Positions 50,037 to 59,887 of a stretch of 64,000 bases of DNA are shown piece by piece (the first letter of the stretch is position 1; every line of letters begins with the position of its first letter). The notes beneath the pieces were generated by a model. The model was not told the DNA's origin. It made no database searches and worked only from the letters and a program-made list of their open reading frames with translations. A program made the position numbers and the translations under genes. The stretch covers positions 1,184,001 through 1,248,000 of the forward strand of contig CAXXDV010000003.1 of NCBI GenBank assembly GCA_963674745.2. The letters are read 5' to 3'. The stretch comes from Desulfosudaceae bacterium. GTDB taxonomy: Bacteria; Desulfobacterota; Desulfobacteria; Desulfobacterales; Desulfosudaceae.

Positions 50037-50312
50037 AATTGCCTCCCATTGACTTCGGTTATCAAAAAGCCGTGTTGTTTTTTTTGGGTGGGGTTTAATG
50101 ACATTCTGGGCAAAATCCGGCAGGCTGTCAATAAGATTACCGGATTTTTACGTGTTGATTGAGGCCATGACCGCATGGCCGCTTCTGCTGAGCGCAGGAC
50201 ATTAACTCACGCAGGGGCATCCACAGGGGGGCGCCCTGTTATGGGGCGACCGCGGGTCGTCCCTACACCATTGGCGAGGGGTCTGCAGCACTCCAGGAGC
50301 GTCCAGGGTGAA

Positions 50313-51338
50313 CTACCGGCACCTGATCTGGCCGTGTACGATTGACGCGTCTTGAATGACACGGATTGACTCAAGCCCGAAGCGTTCTTTCAGGTGCTTG
50401 ATATTGTCGTTGCGCAGCCCTTTTAATCTGGAGACATCATGGGGATGAACAGCCAGGGTCAGTTGACTGGTATTCCCGGGGCTTTGGCTGATGAGCCGGA
50501 CGGCGTTTTCAAGGAAGATTTCCGAAAAGACCAGGTGCCCGAAAGCCGGGTGATAGGGGCCGGCCAGTACAACGGCGCTGTCATCCAGGTCTTCTGTTGG
50601 TTGAAGCCCCATGCGGATTACGGGTATGTCATGTCCTGCAAATATTCTGTACAACCGGGATACCAGCCGGACGGTCTCGTTCAGGCCGGCCGGTTTGTAT
50701 CGGCCTTTCTCGAACCACTGTGCCAGAATGCTGCCGGAGATGACGACGGCCGGATATATCCTGACAAAATCGGGCCCGGATGCGGCTATTGTTTCGGCTG
50801 TTTTTATCGACTGCGGGCCGCTATCGCCCGGTAGACCGGTCATGATCTGTGCCCCGGTTTCATAGCCTCGTTGTTTGAGCCTTTTAATGGCCTCATTACT
50901 TTGCCCGGCCGTGTGTCCACGCCGGCAAAGTGTTAAGACGGTATCATCCATTGACTGGACCCCCAGTTCAATGGTTTGTACGGAAAAGTCCGATATGATG
51001 TCCAACTTGTCGGGCGTGATGGTGTCCGGCCTAGTGGAGAAGCGGATCGTGTCGACCAGGCCCTCATGGACGCATTTTTGTGTTTCTTTCAGCAGGGCGA
51101 TGATGGTTTCCGGAGCCAGCCCCAGGAAATTGCCGCCGAAAAAAGCCAGTTGTACCGGCGTTCGCCGTCGATGATTATACAAACGGAACTGATCGATGAC
51201 GGGTCGGATATCGGCGGGGGAAGGTGGCTTGACGATGCCGGTAATGGCGGTCTGGTTGCAGAATATGCAACGATGCGGACAGCCGGCATGAGGAATAAAA
51301 AAAGGGATGACAAAGGGTTTGAGGGGCTTGCTATTCAT
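50313..51338 (-). CDS. Radical SAM protein (Elp3-like radical-SAM-only family)
   Basis: IPFFIPHAGCPHRCIFCNQ, STRPD, IELGVQS, GPYHPAFG; coupled to the rnc stop. Confidence 0.9.
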   Translation of the reverse strand: MNSKPLKPFVIPFFIPHAGCPHRCIFCNQTAITGIVKPPSPADIRPVIDQFRLYNHRRRTPVQLAFFGGNFLGLAPETIIALLKETQKCVHEGLVDTIRFSTRPDTITPDKLDIISDFSVQTIELGVQSMDDTVLTLCRRGHTAGQSNEAIKRLKQRGYETGAQIMTGLPGDSGPQSIKTAETIAASGPDFVRIYPAVVISGSILAQWFEKGRYKPAGLNETVRLVSRLYRIFAGHDIPVIRMGLQPTEDLDDSAVVLAGPYHPAFGHLVFSEIFLENAVRLISQSPGNTSQLTLAVHPHDVSRLKGLRNDNIKHLKERFGLESIRVIQDASIVHGQIRCR

Positions 51339-52029
51339 TTTCGGCCGGGTTGTGAATCTGCTTGAGGGCGTTTTTAGCCGCCATCTGCTGTGCGGCCTGC
51401 TTGCTGCTGCCAAAGCCTTCCGCTTGAATGTCTCCCGCCGTTACCATGTAACGAAAGGTTTTTTCATGATCCGGGCCGAAGGACTCGATAATATCGTATA
51501 CCGGTGCGATCTTGAATTCCGCCTGGGTATATTCCTGCAGGCTGCTTTTAAAATCATAGCCGATGTCTGATACGGAAACCGTCTTTAAGTCCTTGTGAAA
51601 GAAACGGTTGACGACTTCGAGGGCCGCCTCCAGTCCGCCGTCAAGGTAAACCGCGCCCAGCAGGGCTTCAAAGGCATTGGCCAGAATAGAGTCTTTGTAG
51701 CGGCCCTGGGTCAACTCTTCGCCTTTGCCCAGTTGAAGAAAAGACCCCAGGGAAAATGTTTTGGCGTGGTCCGCCAGGCTCTGGTCATTGACCAGGCTGG
51801 CGCGGATTTTGGACAAGGTGCCTTCATTTACTTCCGGGTAATATGTCATCAACAGGTGGCTGATGCTAAGAGACAGGACAGCGTCACCGAGAAACTCCAG
51901 CCGTTCGTTATCTTCAATATCCGGTTGCTGCTGCTCGTTGACAAAGGACCTGTGGCGCAATGCCTGTTCGGCCAGGCGCTGATTTGAAAAAACATGACCG
52001 AGACTTTTTTCAAGTTCGCTGATATTCAT
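51331..52029 (-). CDS. rnc: Ribonuclease III
   Basis: NERLEFLGDAVL signature plus C-terminal dsRBD. Confidence 0.97.
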   Translation of the reverse strand: MNISELEKSLGHVFSNQRLAEQALRHRSFVNEQQQPDIEDNERLEFLGDAVLSLSISHLLMTYYPEVNEGTLSKIRASLVNDQSLADHAKTFSLGSFLQLGKGEELTQGRYKDSILANAFEALLGAVYLDGGLEAALEVVNRFFHKDLKTVSVSDIGYDFKSSLQEYTQAEFKIAPVYDIIESFGPDHEKTFRYMVTAGDIQAEGFGSSKQAAQQMAAKNALKQIHNPAENE

Positions 52030-52057
52030 AACCAATGCCGGAAAAGTTAAGTGATCT

Positions 52058-52933
52058 TCAACCGTTATAGGCTTTTATCTGTTCGTAAAGCTGATAATCC
52101 ACAAACAGGTCGCCGCGTCCTTTTCCCATTTGAATGTCGGGGTTTATGTCGCCGTGAAAATCGCTGCCACCGGTCACCAGAAGTCCGTGGCTGCGGGCAA
52201 AGTCTGAATACAGTCCGGTCTCCTGCCTGGAGTGCCCGGGGTAATATGCTTCGATACCCAGAATGCCCTGATCAATCAGGACGTCAAGCAATTCTTCCAG
52301 GCTGTGCTGCCCTGGCAGGTCAATTAGTCCGGGATGCGCCAGCACCGGAATGCCGCCGGCATCAGTAATCAATTCAATCGCCAGACGGCAGGAAATTCGT
52401 TCCTTGTCCACAAAAGCGCTGCCGTTTTTCCCGATATATTTGTCAAACACCTCATTGATTGAAGCGGCATAACCTTTATGCACCATGGCCTGGGCGATAT
52501 GGGGGCGTCCCGTCTGACTGCCTCTGGCAAACGGGGCGATGTCTTCTGTGCTAAGAGGGATGCCGATCTGGTTAAGCCGTTGGATAATTCTGGGGGAGCG
52601 GTCGTTCCTGGCAGCCCGGAGTTCGGCCAGATGATGGTTCAGCCGCGTGTTGTGGACATCGATGTCGTATCCCAGAATGTGAATACTGCCGGTGACGGTT
52701 ACGATTGATGGAAAGGCGGCACTAATCTCTACTCCGGTCAAAAAATCCAGGGCAGGGTGGGGAGATTGCGACAGTACTTTTTTGCATCCGTCGGTGGTAT
52801 CGTGATCGGTTATGGAAATAGCCGACAGCCCCGCCGCCAGGGCTGCGTCAATTATTTCCAAAGGCTCCAGCGTACCGTCTGAAGCAGTGGAGTGGATGTG
52901 AAGGTCAATAAAACGACGATCATTAAATCCCAA
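52058..52933 (-). CDS. PHP-domain phosphoesterase (TrpH/YciV-like)
   Basis: DLHIHSTASDG, ITDHD, GRPH, AHP and GGSDFHG motifs. Confidence 0.92.
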   Translation of the reverse strand: MGFNDRRFIDLHIHSTASDGTLEPLEIIDAALAAGLSAISITDHDTTDGCKKVLSQSPHPALDFLTGVEISAAFPSIVTVTGSIHILGYDIDVHNTRLNHHLAELRAARNDRSPRIIQRLNQIGIPLSTEDIAPFARGSQTGRPHIAQAMVHKGYAASINEVFDKYIGKNGSAFVDKERISCRLAIELITDAGGIPVLAHPGLIDLPGQHSLEELLDVLIDQGILGIEAYYPGHSRQETGLYSDFARSHGLLVTGGSDFHGDINPDIQMGKGRGDLFVDYQLYEQIKAYNG

Positions 52934-53285
52934 GGATTTTCTCCATCTCCTCCTCTTTTTTCTTGCATTTGATGCAACGGGTCGTCACGGGCCGCGCTTT
53001 AAGCCGTTCCAAAGAGATGTCTTCCTCGCATATCTCACATTGGCCGAAAGTACCTTCTTCTATTCGATCCAGGGCGCCTCTTATTTTTTTGATCAGCTTG
53101 TGTTCCCTGTCCCGGATACGTAAAATAAAGTTTCTGTCGGATTCATGGGAAGCACGGTCTGTCGGGTCAGGAAATGACTCGTCTTCATTGGTCATGCCTG
53201 CCACCGTATCGTCCGCCTGAGACAACAATTCATTTAAACGGTTGGAAAGAAGCGTTTTGAAATATTCAATGTCCTTTTTTTTCAT
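52923..53285 (-). CDS. dksA: RNA polymerase-binding protein DksA
   Basis: DPTDRA coiled-coil tip and C4 zinc finger (CEIC...CIKC). Confidence 0.93.
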   Translation of the reverse strand: MKKKDIEYFKTLLSNRLNELLSQADDTVAGMTNEDESFPDPTDRASHESDRNFILRIRDREHKLIKKIRGALDRIEEGTFGQCEICEEDISLERLKARPVTTRCIKCKKKEEEMEKILGI

Positions 53286-53520
53286 AATAACCCGCACCCT
53301 TTTCGTTGATTGACAACTGCTAAAAAAAATTATTAAACAGAGATTTTTAACAAATTATTTTGTGGATGTAAAGCAGGAAATTGTTTTTTTAGCAACCAAA
53401 TGATGCTAAATTTAGATAATATTTTTTCTATCACGTTCAGATATCGAAACTTTTTATAAATAATATATCATTTTTTCAATATATTAGTAAAAGATTTCTC
53501 ATAATTTACATTAGGTTTTT

Positions 53521-54156
53521 ATGGCTGACCGAAATAACACGTCTCAACCGGAAACCTTGCCCGAAAAGCAGAGGACCTGTCGCCGATGTGGTACCTGCTG
53601 CCGGAAAGGTGGCCCATGCCTCCATTTGGAAGATCTGGAACTGGTTGAAAGCGGAAAACTTCCGATACACCATCTTTTTACAATTCGTAAGGGTGAACCT
53701 GCCCGGGACAATATTCGCAACCGTATCTGTTATGCCGGTGAAGACATCATAAAAATCAGAAGCAGGAAAGGGGTGACCGCCTGTCTGTTTTATAATTCAG
53801 CGGACCATGCCTGTGAGGCTTATTCCTTTCGGCCGCTGGAGTGCCGGGTTTTGAAATGCTGGGATAATACAGAGATAATAAATATTTACGAAAATCAGCG
53901 GTTAAGCCGTAAGGATATTCTGGACGGCAGCCCAAAACTGTGGGAGTTGGTGACGGTTCATCAGGAAACATGTGATTACGAAAATATCGGACAGGCGGTG
54001 AAAGAAAAGGATATGGATACTGTGGCATATCTGCTCAGTTATGACCGCGCCTACCGTGACCTGGTGGTTGAAAAAGGGCTTCTTGAGGCCGCTGTTCTTG
54101 ATTTTTTCTTTGGTTTGCCCTTGTCTGTCACCATAAAACGTTTTGGGGTTCAGTAA
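53521..54156 (+). CDS. YkgJ-family cysteine cluster protein
   Basis: CRRCGTCC...CLF...C..Y..RPLEC pattern. Confidence 0.85.
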   Translation: MADRNNTSQPETLPEKQRTCRRCGTCCRKGGPCLHLEDLELVESGKLPIHHLFTIRKGEPARDNIRNRICYAGEDIIKIRSRKGVTACLFYNSADHACEAYSFRPLECRVLKCWDNTEIINIYENQRLSRKDILDGSPKLWELVTVHQETCDYENIGQAVKEKDMDTVAYLLSYDRAYRDLVVEKGLLEAAVLDFFFGLPLSVTIKRFGVQ

Positions 54157-54210
54157 CCGTTTCCGATTTTCTCCGATCCTTTCCGGTTTGGTAATCACCT
54201 GATTTTTTTA

Positions 54211-54240
54211 TTGACAGGGATGTCCGGGCAAAGATATAAA
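54211..54240 (+). promoter_or_regulatory. Putative promoter of the Ni/Co transporter operon
   Basis: TTGACA-18 nt-TATAAA. Confidence 0.5.
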
Positions 54241-54320
54241 AAAACTATCTGACAGCATGATAATATCGGGCTGAAGCCGAGGACGTCAGTAACATCAGGT
54301 ATTTTTTATTTTAACAATCG

Positions 54321-54368
54321 ACCACGAAGGCAATTGTATCTGCAGATACAGGTTCGTGGTTTTTTTTT
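54321..54368 (+). terminator. Leader terminator/attenuator-like hairpin upstream of the DUF4198 gene
   Basis: ACCACGAA..TGTATCTGCAGATACA..TTCGTGGT followed by a run of Ts, 21 nt before the ATG. Confidence 0.6.
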
Positions 54369-54389
54369 GCATTGATAAGAGGTGACGGT

Positions 54390-55166
54390 ATGAAGATTCA
54401 ATGGAAGATGGCGCTGGTAATGGTATTGCTGGTGTTGGCGGTTTCCTGTCCGGCCGTCGCGCATTTTGGAATGGTTATTCCTTCGGATTCAATGGTAATG
54501 CAGGAAGATGTCCGCTCGGTAGATTTAACCCTGTCGTTTTCGCATCCGTTTGAAATGGTTGGAATGGAACTGGTCCGGCCAAAACGGTTCTGCGTGGTTC
54601 ATGATGGAAAAACCGAAGACCTGACGGCACAGTTAAAAGAGACCAAAGTGATGGGGCAAACTGCCTGGCAGGGATTATTTCAGGTCAAGCGGCCGGGGGC
54701 TTATACGTTTTTCATGGAACCCGTTCCATACTGGGAACCGGCCGAAGACTGCTTTATCATTCATTATACTAAAACAGTTGTAGCCGCCTTTGGCGATGAC
54801 GAGGGGTGGGACATGCCGGCCGGATTGAAGACGGAAATCGTGCCCCTGTCCAAGCCTTTCGGGCTTTATGCCGGAAACGTTTTCCAGGGAATGGTGCTTT
54901 TGGACGGCAAACCGGTTTCCGGAGCCGAAGTTGAAGTGGAGTATTATAATGAAGATAAGCAGGTGACGGCGCCGACGGACTACATGATTGCCCAGACGAT
55001 AAAAGCGGATCCCAACGGCGTGTTTACCTATGCCGTTCCGTCAGACGGCTGGTGGGGATTTGCCGCTTTGAACCCGGCGGATTATCAGATAGCGCACAAT
55101 GGTGACAACAAAGATGTGGAATTGGGCGCTGTTATCTGGGTGAGGTTTCATAAATGGCAAAAGTAA
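54390..55166 (+). CDS. DUF4198-family periplasmic protein associated with Ni/Co uptake
   Basis: Signal peptide ending AVA|HFGMVIP (N-terminal His), FSHPFE, PYWEPAED, GWWGFAAL. Confidence 0.85.
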   Translation: MKIQWKMALVMVLLVLAVSCPAVAHFGMVIPSDSMVMQEDVRSVDLTLSFSHPFEMVGMELVRPKRFCVVHDGKTEDLTAQLKETKVMGQTAWQGLFQVKRPGAYTFFMEPVPYWEPAEDCFIIHYTKTVVAAFGDDEGWDMPAGLKTEIVPLSKPFGLYAGNVFQGMVLLDGKPVSGAEVEVEYYNEDKQVTAPTDYMIAQTIKADPNGVFTYAVPSDGWWGFAALNPADYQIAHNGDNKDVELGAVIWVRFHKWQK

Positions 55167-55234
55167 CGGCATCTTGAACTTCTTTTTTTGCTGTTCGTAA
55201 TGAACTTTTCCGGTACTCAAAGGTGATGTAATAT

Positions 55235-55825
55235 ATGCATATTTCCGAAGGCATACTATCGTGGCAGGTGCTGACCGCCGGCGGCGCCGTGTCTTTAACC
55301 GGTACTGTTATCGGCATCAAGGCGCTGGACCAGGAGAAGGTGGCCAGGACGGGTATTCTTTCAGCGGCGTTTTTTGTGGCTTCCCTGATTCATATTCCCC
55401 TTGGTCCCGGCAGTGTTCATCTTATTTTAAACGGCCTGGTCGGTCTGCTGCTGGGGTGGGCGGCTTTTCCCGCCATCCTCGTCGCCCTGATGCTTCAGGC
55501 GATCATGTTTCAATTCGGTGGTATCACCACGCTGGGAGTGAATACGCTAATCATGGCCGTGCCGGCGGTTGTCTGTTATTATCTTTATAACTTTTTTTCC
55601 GGTAAACAGCTGATTCAGTCAGTGGCCGGGTTTGTTGCCGGTGTACTGGCCGTTTTTTTGAGTGCACTTCTGGCGGCGGCGGTTCTGGTGTTTTCCGAAA
55701 ACAGCTTCCGGGAAATGGCGGTCTTAATTGTAACCGCGCATGTACCGGTCATGATAATCGAGGGGCTGATTACCGGATTTGCCATTACTTTTTTGAAGAA
55801 AGTCAAACCGGATTTGTTGAAATAA
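55235..55825 (+). CDS. cbiM: Ni/Co ECF transporter S component
   Basis: MHISEG N-terminus, SVHL, FGGITTLGVN. Confidence 0.92.
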   Translation: MHISEGILSWQVLTAGGAVSLTGTVIGIKALDQEKVARTGILSAAFFVASLIHIPLGPGSVHLILNGLVGLLLGWAAFPAILVALMLQAIMFQFGGITTLGVNTLIMAVPAVVCYYLYNFFSGKQLIQSVAGFVAGVLAVFLSALLAAAVLVFSENSFREMAVLIVTAHVPVMIIEGLITGFAITFLKKVKPDLLK

Positions 55826-55852
55826 ACAGCGCCAGCATGATTTTTTTGGAGA

Positions 55853-56551
55853 ATGCCTATGATTCGATCAAATCTGAAAGGTGCGGTCTTTGGGGGCCGA
55901 CAAAAGAAACGGATGACAAACATTGTTCTTTGGGCCTGGGTCCTGCTTTTTGCGGCGGCCACCATCGCTTCCGCACATCGGGTGATTGTTTTCGCCTGGA
56001 TTGAAGGCGATACGGTTTTTACCGAGAGCAAGTTTCCCGGCGGCGCGAACGTATCCAACGGGAAAATAACCGTGTTGGATGAGGCCGGTCAAGAGTTGCT
56101 GACCGGAAAAACGGATGAACAGGGCGCGTACTCTTTTTCCCTGACATCGCTCAAAAAACCGTCCGAGCTGAAAATCGTGTTGAATGCCGGCATGGGGCAT
56201 CAGGCATATTGGACCCTGACACGACAGGATGTCGGTCAGGCACTGGGAGCAGAAAGCGCTGCAGGCGCATCAGCAGTCGAGGCTGAAACAAACCTTAACC
56301 CGCCATCCGGTGGTCCGTCCCCGTCCTCTTTACCTCCCCCGGAAGATAATACGCCCTGTCGGCTGAATGATGCCGAGTTAAGACAGATCGTGGAAGCGGC
56401 GGTTGATCGAAAGCTGTCACCGGTTATGGACATGCTGGTTGCAATTCGTGAAGAAGCGGCCATCGGTCTTGACGATGTGGTTGCGGGTTTAGGTTATATT
56501 TTCGGGTTAACCGGGGTCCTGGCCTGGTTTTATTCCCGGAAAAAAGGATAA
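55853..56551 (+). CDS. CbiL/NikL-like accessory component (start may be 55859 or 55913)
   Basis: ASA|HRVIVFAW, GKTDEQG, AGMGH, C-terminal TM GLGYIFGL. Confidence 0.75.
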   Translation: MPMIRSNLKGAVFGGRQKKRMTNIVLWAWVLLFAAATIASAHRVIVFAWIEGDTVFTESKFPGGANVSNGKITVLDEAGQELLTGKTDEQGAYSFSLTSLKKPSELKIVLNAGMGHQAYWTLTRQDVGQALGAESAAGASAVEAETNLNPPSGGPSPSSLPPPEDNTPCRLNDAELRQIVEAAVDRKLSPVMDMLVAIREEAAIGLDDVVAGLGYIFGLTGVLAWFYSRKKG

Positions 56552-56556
56552 TCGCT

Positions 56557-57306
56557 ATGATCAGTGAACCGTTTGTGTCCGGCAACTCGGTACTGCACCG
56601 GACAGACCCCAGAATCCGTCTGGTGGTAGCGGTTTTGTTCTCCTGCACGGTAGCTGTCTGTTTTGACTTCTCTGCTCTTTTGACCGCTCTGGGTGCGGCT
56701 TTGATACTGGTTCTTCTGGCCCGGTTGAATCCCGTCAAGCTCTTAAAACGGCTTTTTCTGGTCAACGGTTTTGTCCTGATGCTCTGGTTGTTTCTGCCCT
56801 GGACTTACAGCGGTGACGCAATTTTTTCAATCAGGGGACTGGACATAACCCGGCAGGGGGTCATGCTGGCAACGGTTCTGACCATTAAATGTAATGTGAT
56901 CATTTTGTTGCTGATTACGATGGTGTCAACCATGTCGTTTGTGACCATGGGGCATGCCTTGCACCGATTGCGGATACCGGATAAATTTGTGGCCCTTTTT
57001 GTATTAACCTATCGGTATATTTTTGTCATTGAACAGGAATATCAAAGAATCATCCGGGCGTTGAAAATAAGAGGATTTATACCCCGTACAAACCTGCATA
57101 CCTATAAAACCTATGCTTATATCGTCGGTATGCTGTTTGTGCTGGCAACCGAAAGGGCGGAAAGGGTTTATTTCGCCATGCGGTGCCGGGGGTACAGCGG
57201 TCGTTTCTATAGTCTGTCCGAATTGCGCTCCTCTCCGGGCAGTATGGTTTTTCTGCTGGTAATGATCGCTGTTATGATCGGTATCGGCTATCTGGAATGG
57301 GGATAA
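56557..57306 (+). CDS. cbiQ: ECF transporter T component
   Basis: LHRTDPR, TYRYIFV, ALKIRGF and AMRCRGY motifs. Confidence 0.92.
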   Translation: MISEPFVSGNSVLHRTDPRIRLVVAVLFSCTVAVCFDFSALLTALGAALILVLLARLNPVKLLKRLFLVNGFVLMLWLFLPWTYSGDAIFSIRGLDITRQGVMLATVLTIKCNVIILLLITMVSTMSFVTMGHALHRLRIPDKFVALFVLTYRYIFVIEQEYQRIIRALKIRGFIPRTNLHTYKTYAYIVGMLFVLATERAERVYFAMRCRGYSGRFYSLSELRSSPGSMVFLLVMIAVMIGIGYLEWG

Positions 57307-57307
57307 C

Positions 57308-58036
57308 ATGTCTGAGCAAAAACAACTTTTAATTGAGATGGCAGGTATCGATTTTTCTTATCCCGGTGCCGGCCGGGTTTTTAATGGGCTTGATTTTGCG
57401 TTCCACCAGGGGGATCGCGTCGGTCTTTTGGCGCCCAACGGCAGTGGAAAGACAACGTTTTTTCATATGATCATGGGGCTTATCAAACCGGACAAGGGAA
57501 ATATGAGGCTTTTTGGAGAACCCGTCTGCCGGGAAAAAGACTTTGTCCGTATTCGTCAACGTGTCGGGCTGCTGTTTCAGGACGCCGATGATCAGCTCTT
57601 TTGTCCAACCGTACTTGAAGATGTCGCTTTCGGTCCCCTGAACATGGGCAAGCGTAAATCAGAAGCCGTTGCCATTGCCCGTAAATTTTTAGATTTTTTA
57701 GGACTTGCCGGTTATGAAGATAAAATCACCTTTCATCTGTCCGGGGGGGAAAAGCGCCTGGTCTCTCTGGCGGCTGTCCTGGCCATGGAGCCGGAGGTGC
57801 TGCTGCTCGACGAACCGCTGACCGGCCTGGATATCCGGACACGCAAAGCGATCCATGATATTCTACAGGATATTGATCTTTCATATATTATCATTTCACA
57901 TAACATTGAATTTCTGGCCGCAACGACAAGCAGTATTTATACACTTGAAGACGGGAAACTCATCATCGATTCAGAAATTCACCATCACCGTCATGAACAT
58001 GCCCATATGTTCGGTGACCTTCCCCATCAACACTAG
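57308..58036 (+). CDS. cbiO: ECF transporter ATPase with His-rich tail
   Basis: APNGSGKT, FQDADDQLF, DVAFGPLN, LSGGEK. Confidence 0.92.
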   Translation: MSEQKQLLIEMAGIDFSYPGAGRVFNGLDFAFHQGDRVGLLAPNGSGKTTFFHMIMGLIKPDKGNMRLFGEPVCREKDFVRIRQRVGLLFQDADDQLFCPTVLEDVAFGPLNMGKRKSEAVAIARKFLDFLGLAGYEDKITFHLSGGEKRLVSLAAVLAMEPEVLLLDEPLTGLDIRTRKAIHDILQDIDLSYIIISHNIEFLAATTSSIYTLEDGKLIIDSEIHHHRHEHAHMFGDLPHQH

Positions 58037-58526
58037 CCCGAATATTTCACCCTTCTTACACGCCTTGACCCCGAACCGGAATTTAAATTTTTGAGATGCC
58101 CTAGTCCGAATGTCTTATTCTGTTTCCAGTATATAAGTAATTAAAAACATTAAAAATAGACGTTGCGCTGCATGTTTTAAAAACAACCCGCCGAAAGCGG
58201 ACGCGTTTCTTGAGATATGTGGCGTATTAATCTTGAATTTTTTATTTTCTCTTGTTCAGATGCAGGTCAGCACGAATCAATTCCTAAAAACGCTTCAGGG
58301 ATAAAAACTGTTAAAAAAAGTTGATTTTTTTATATTGAAGTGTTAAAAAATTTTGTGGATAGGGGGTGCCGTTATAATCCGGAAAGATGTGTCGGGCCTA
58401 ATTCCAGCCAAAAACAATGTTTCCGGTAATTAACGGTAGTATAAACTGCCCGCGTTGAAGACACTCGTTTGAACAGGGTTGACACTCAACGCGGCAGGAA
58501 AAGTGTGACTGTAAAAGGAGGTAGCT

Positions 58527-58727
58527 TTGGCAGACGGAGTTGTTAAATGGTTTAATGAGAAAAAAGGGTTTGGGTTTATTGCGGTTGATGAAAGCAATGA
58601 TGTATTTGTTCATTACTCCGCAATCAGTATGCCGGGTTTCAAAACATTATTGGAGGGAGACCGGGTTACTTTTGACATTGAGGACACTGACAGAGGGCCT
58701 GCGGCCCGGAATGTCATGAGGGCCTGA
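58527..58727 (+). CDS. Cold-shock protein (TTG start)
   Basis: [15 protein letters not shown] and [12 protein letters not shown] motifs; AGGAGG RBS. Confidence 0.96.
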   Translation: MADGVVKWFNEKKGFGFIAVDESNDVFVHYSAISMPGFKTLLEGDRVTFDIEDTDRGPAARNVMRA

Positions 58728-58752
58728 TTTTTTTATTTTGATGTTTGTAATT

Positions 58753-58803
58753 GAAAAAGGCATTTCATCTACCTGACCATCTTCATTATGGAATGCCTTT
58801 TTC
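58753..58803 (+). terminator. Terminator-like hairpin after the csp gene
   Basis: GAAAAAGGCATTTCAT...ATGGAATGCCTTTTTC. Confidence 0.6.
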
Positions 58804-58936
58804 ATTCTCTGTGTTTGTCAAGCGGGTTTTATCGCAATTAATAATGAGGCCAGTAACCTGTGTTACTTTAACTGACGACAGGTCGGGCTCGGTGAAAACA
58901 TTGTCTGACCGGTTCAAGCCAATCGAAAGGATGCCA

Positions 58937-59851
58937 ATGAAGAAAAAAGGTGTAATATTATTATTGTGCTCAATAATATTGTGTGTTTCCGCCTGTTCAA
59001 TCTTCTGGTCGACGCCGGAACCGCTCATAAACAACACCATGGATATGGCGTTTGTGTATATCCCGCCGGGTTCGTTTATTATGGGTAGTCCCCCTTATGC
59101 CGCCGTCCGCTTTGATGATGAAACCGAACATAGAGCGGAAATCAGCAAAGGCTTTTATATACAGATGACGGAAGTGACACAGGGCCAATGGAAGGCCGTT
59201 ATGGGGGATAATCCCTCGTTGTTTAATTTTCAAAAAAAGGGAGATGATTATCCGGTGGATAATGTCTCCTGGAATGATGCCCAGGCTTTTATCGAAAAAT
59301 TGAACGCGGCCGAAAGCGGTCAGAAATACCGATTGCCCACCGAGACCGAGTGGGAGTATGTCTGTCGACTGGGCTCGGACAGAGGGCCCTTTGCCGATGC
59401 GGTCATGATTTCGGATATCAGTCGAATAATCAAGCACGGGATCAAAATCGTCACCTTTGATCTGTTTACCACCGGTGACTGCCTGTCAACGGATCATGCC
59501 AATTATAACGGCAATTATCCGCTGCTCGGTTGTGATAAAGGTGTTTTCCGCGAGATAACCATGCCGGTTAAAAGCTTTCCTCCGAACAAGCTGGGGGTTT
59601 ATGATATGCATGGGAATGTCAATGAATGGTGTCAGGATACTTATGGCAAATATGACGTAAGACACAAAACATTTCCGATGTACAAGATTAAGGATTCAAC
59701 CGGCTCGGAAAGTGGAAAATACAAGGTCTACCGGGGTGGCAGCTGGGTATCGAGCGCGAAATATTGCCGCTGCGCCTACCGGGGACGCGAAGCCGCTGAT
59801 TTTAAAAATGAAACCTTAGGTTTCCGGTTGGTAAAAATGGTTAATGAGTAG
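58937..59851 (+). CDS. FGE-sulfatase (SUMF1/C-type lectin fold) domain lipoprotein
   Basis: Lipobox VSAC; RLPTETEWEY, DMHGNVNEW, RGGSW and GFRL motifs. Confidence 0.9.
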   Translation: MKKKGVILLLCSIILCVSACSIFWSTPEPLINNTMDMAFVYIPPGSFIMGSPPYAAVRFDDETEHRAEISKGFYIQMTEVTQGQWKAVMGDNPSLFNFQKKGDDYPVDNVSWNDAQAFIEKLNAAESGQKYRLPTETEWEYVCRLGSDRGPFADAVMISDISRIIKHGIKIVTFDLFTTGDCLSTDHANYNGNYPLLGCDKGVFREITMPVKSFPPNKLGVYDMHGNVNEWCQDTYGKYDVRHKTFPMYKIKDSTGSESGKYKVYRGGSWVSSAKYCRCAYRGREAADFKNETLGFRLVKMVNE

Positions 59852-59887
59852 TCTTGCGCGGTAAACATTTGAAGGAGGAATTTCTTC

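Noticed and set aside
54190..54370. Canonical cobalamin riboswitch or NikR box
   Set aside because: No GGGAA/GCCACTG core or B12 box, and only a lone GTAACA half-site; kept instead as an unassigned leader structure.
58180..58210. c-di-GMP-I riboswitch-like CCGCCGAAAGCGGACGC
   Set aside because: Only a GAAA-type hairpin is present; the GGCAAAC/GCAAAGC context and second stem are missing.
59720..59851. Diversity-generating retroelement target (C-terminus of the FGE-sulfatase domain)
   Set aside because: No reverse transcriptase gene and no template-repeat copy of this segment were seen in the window.
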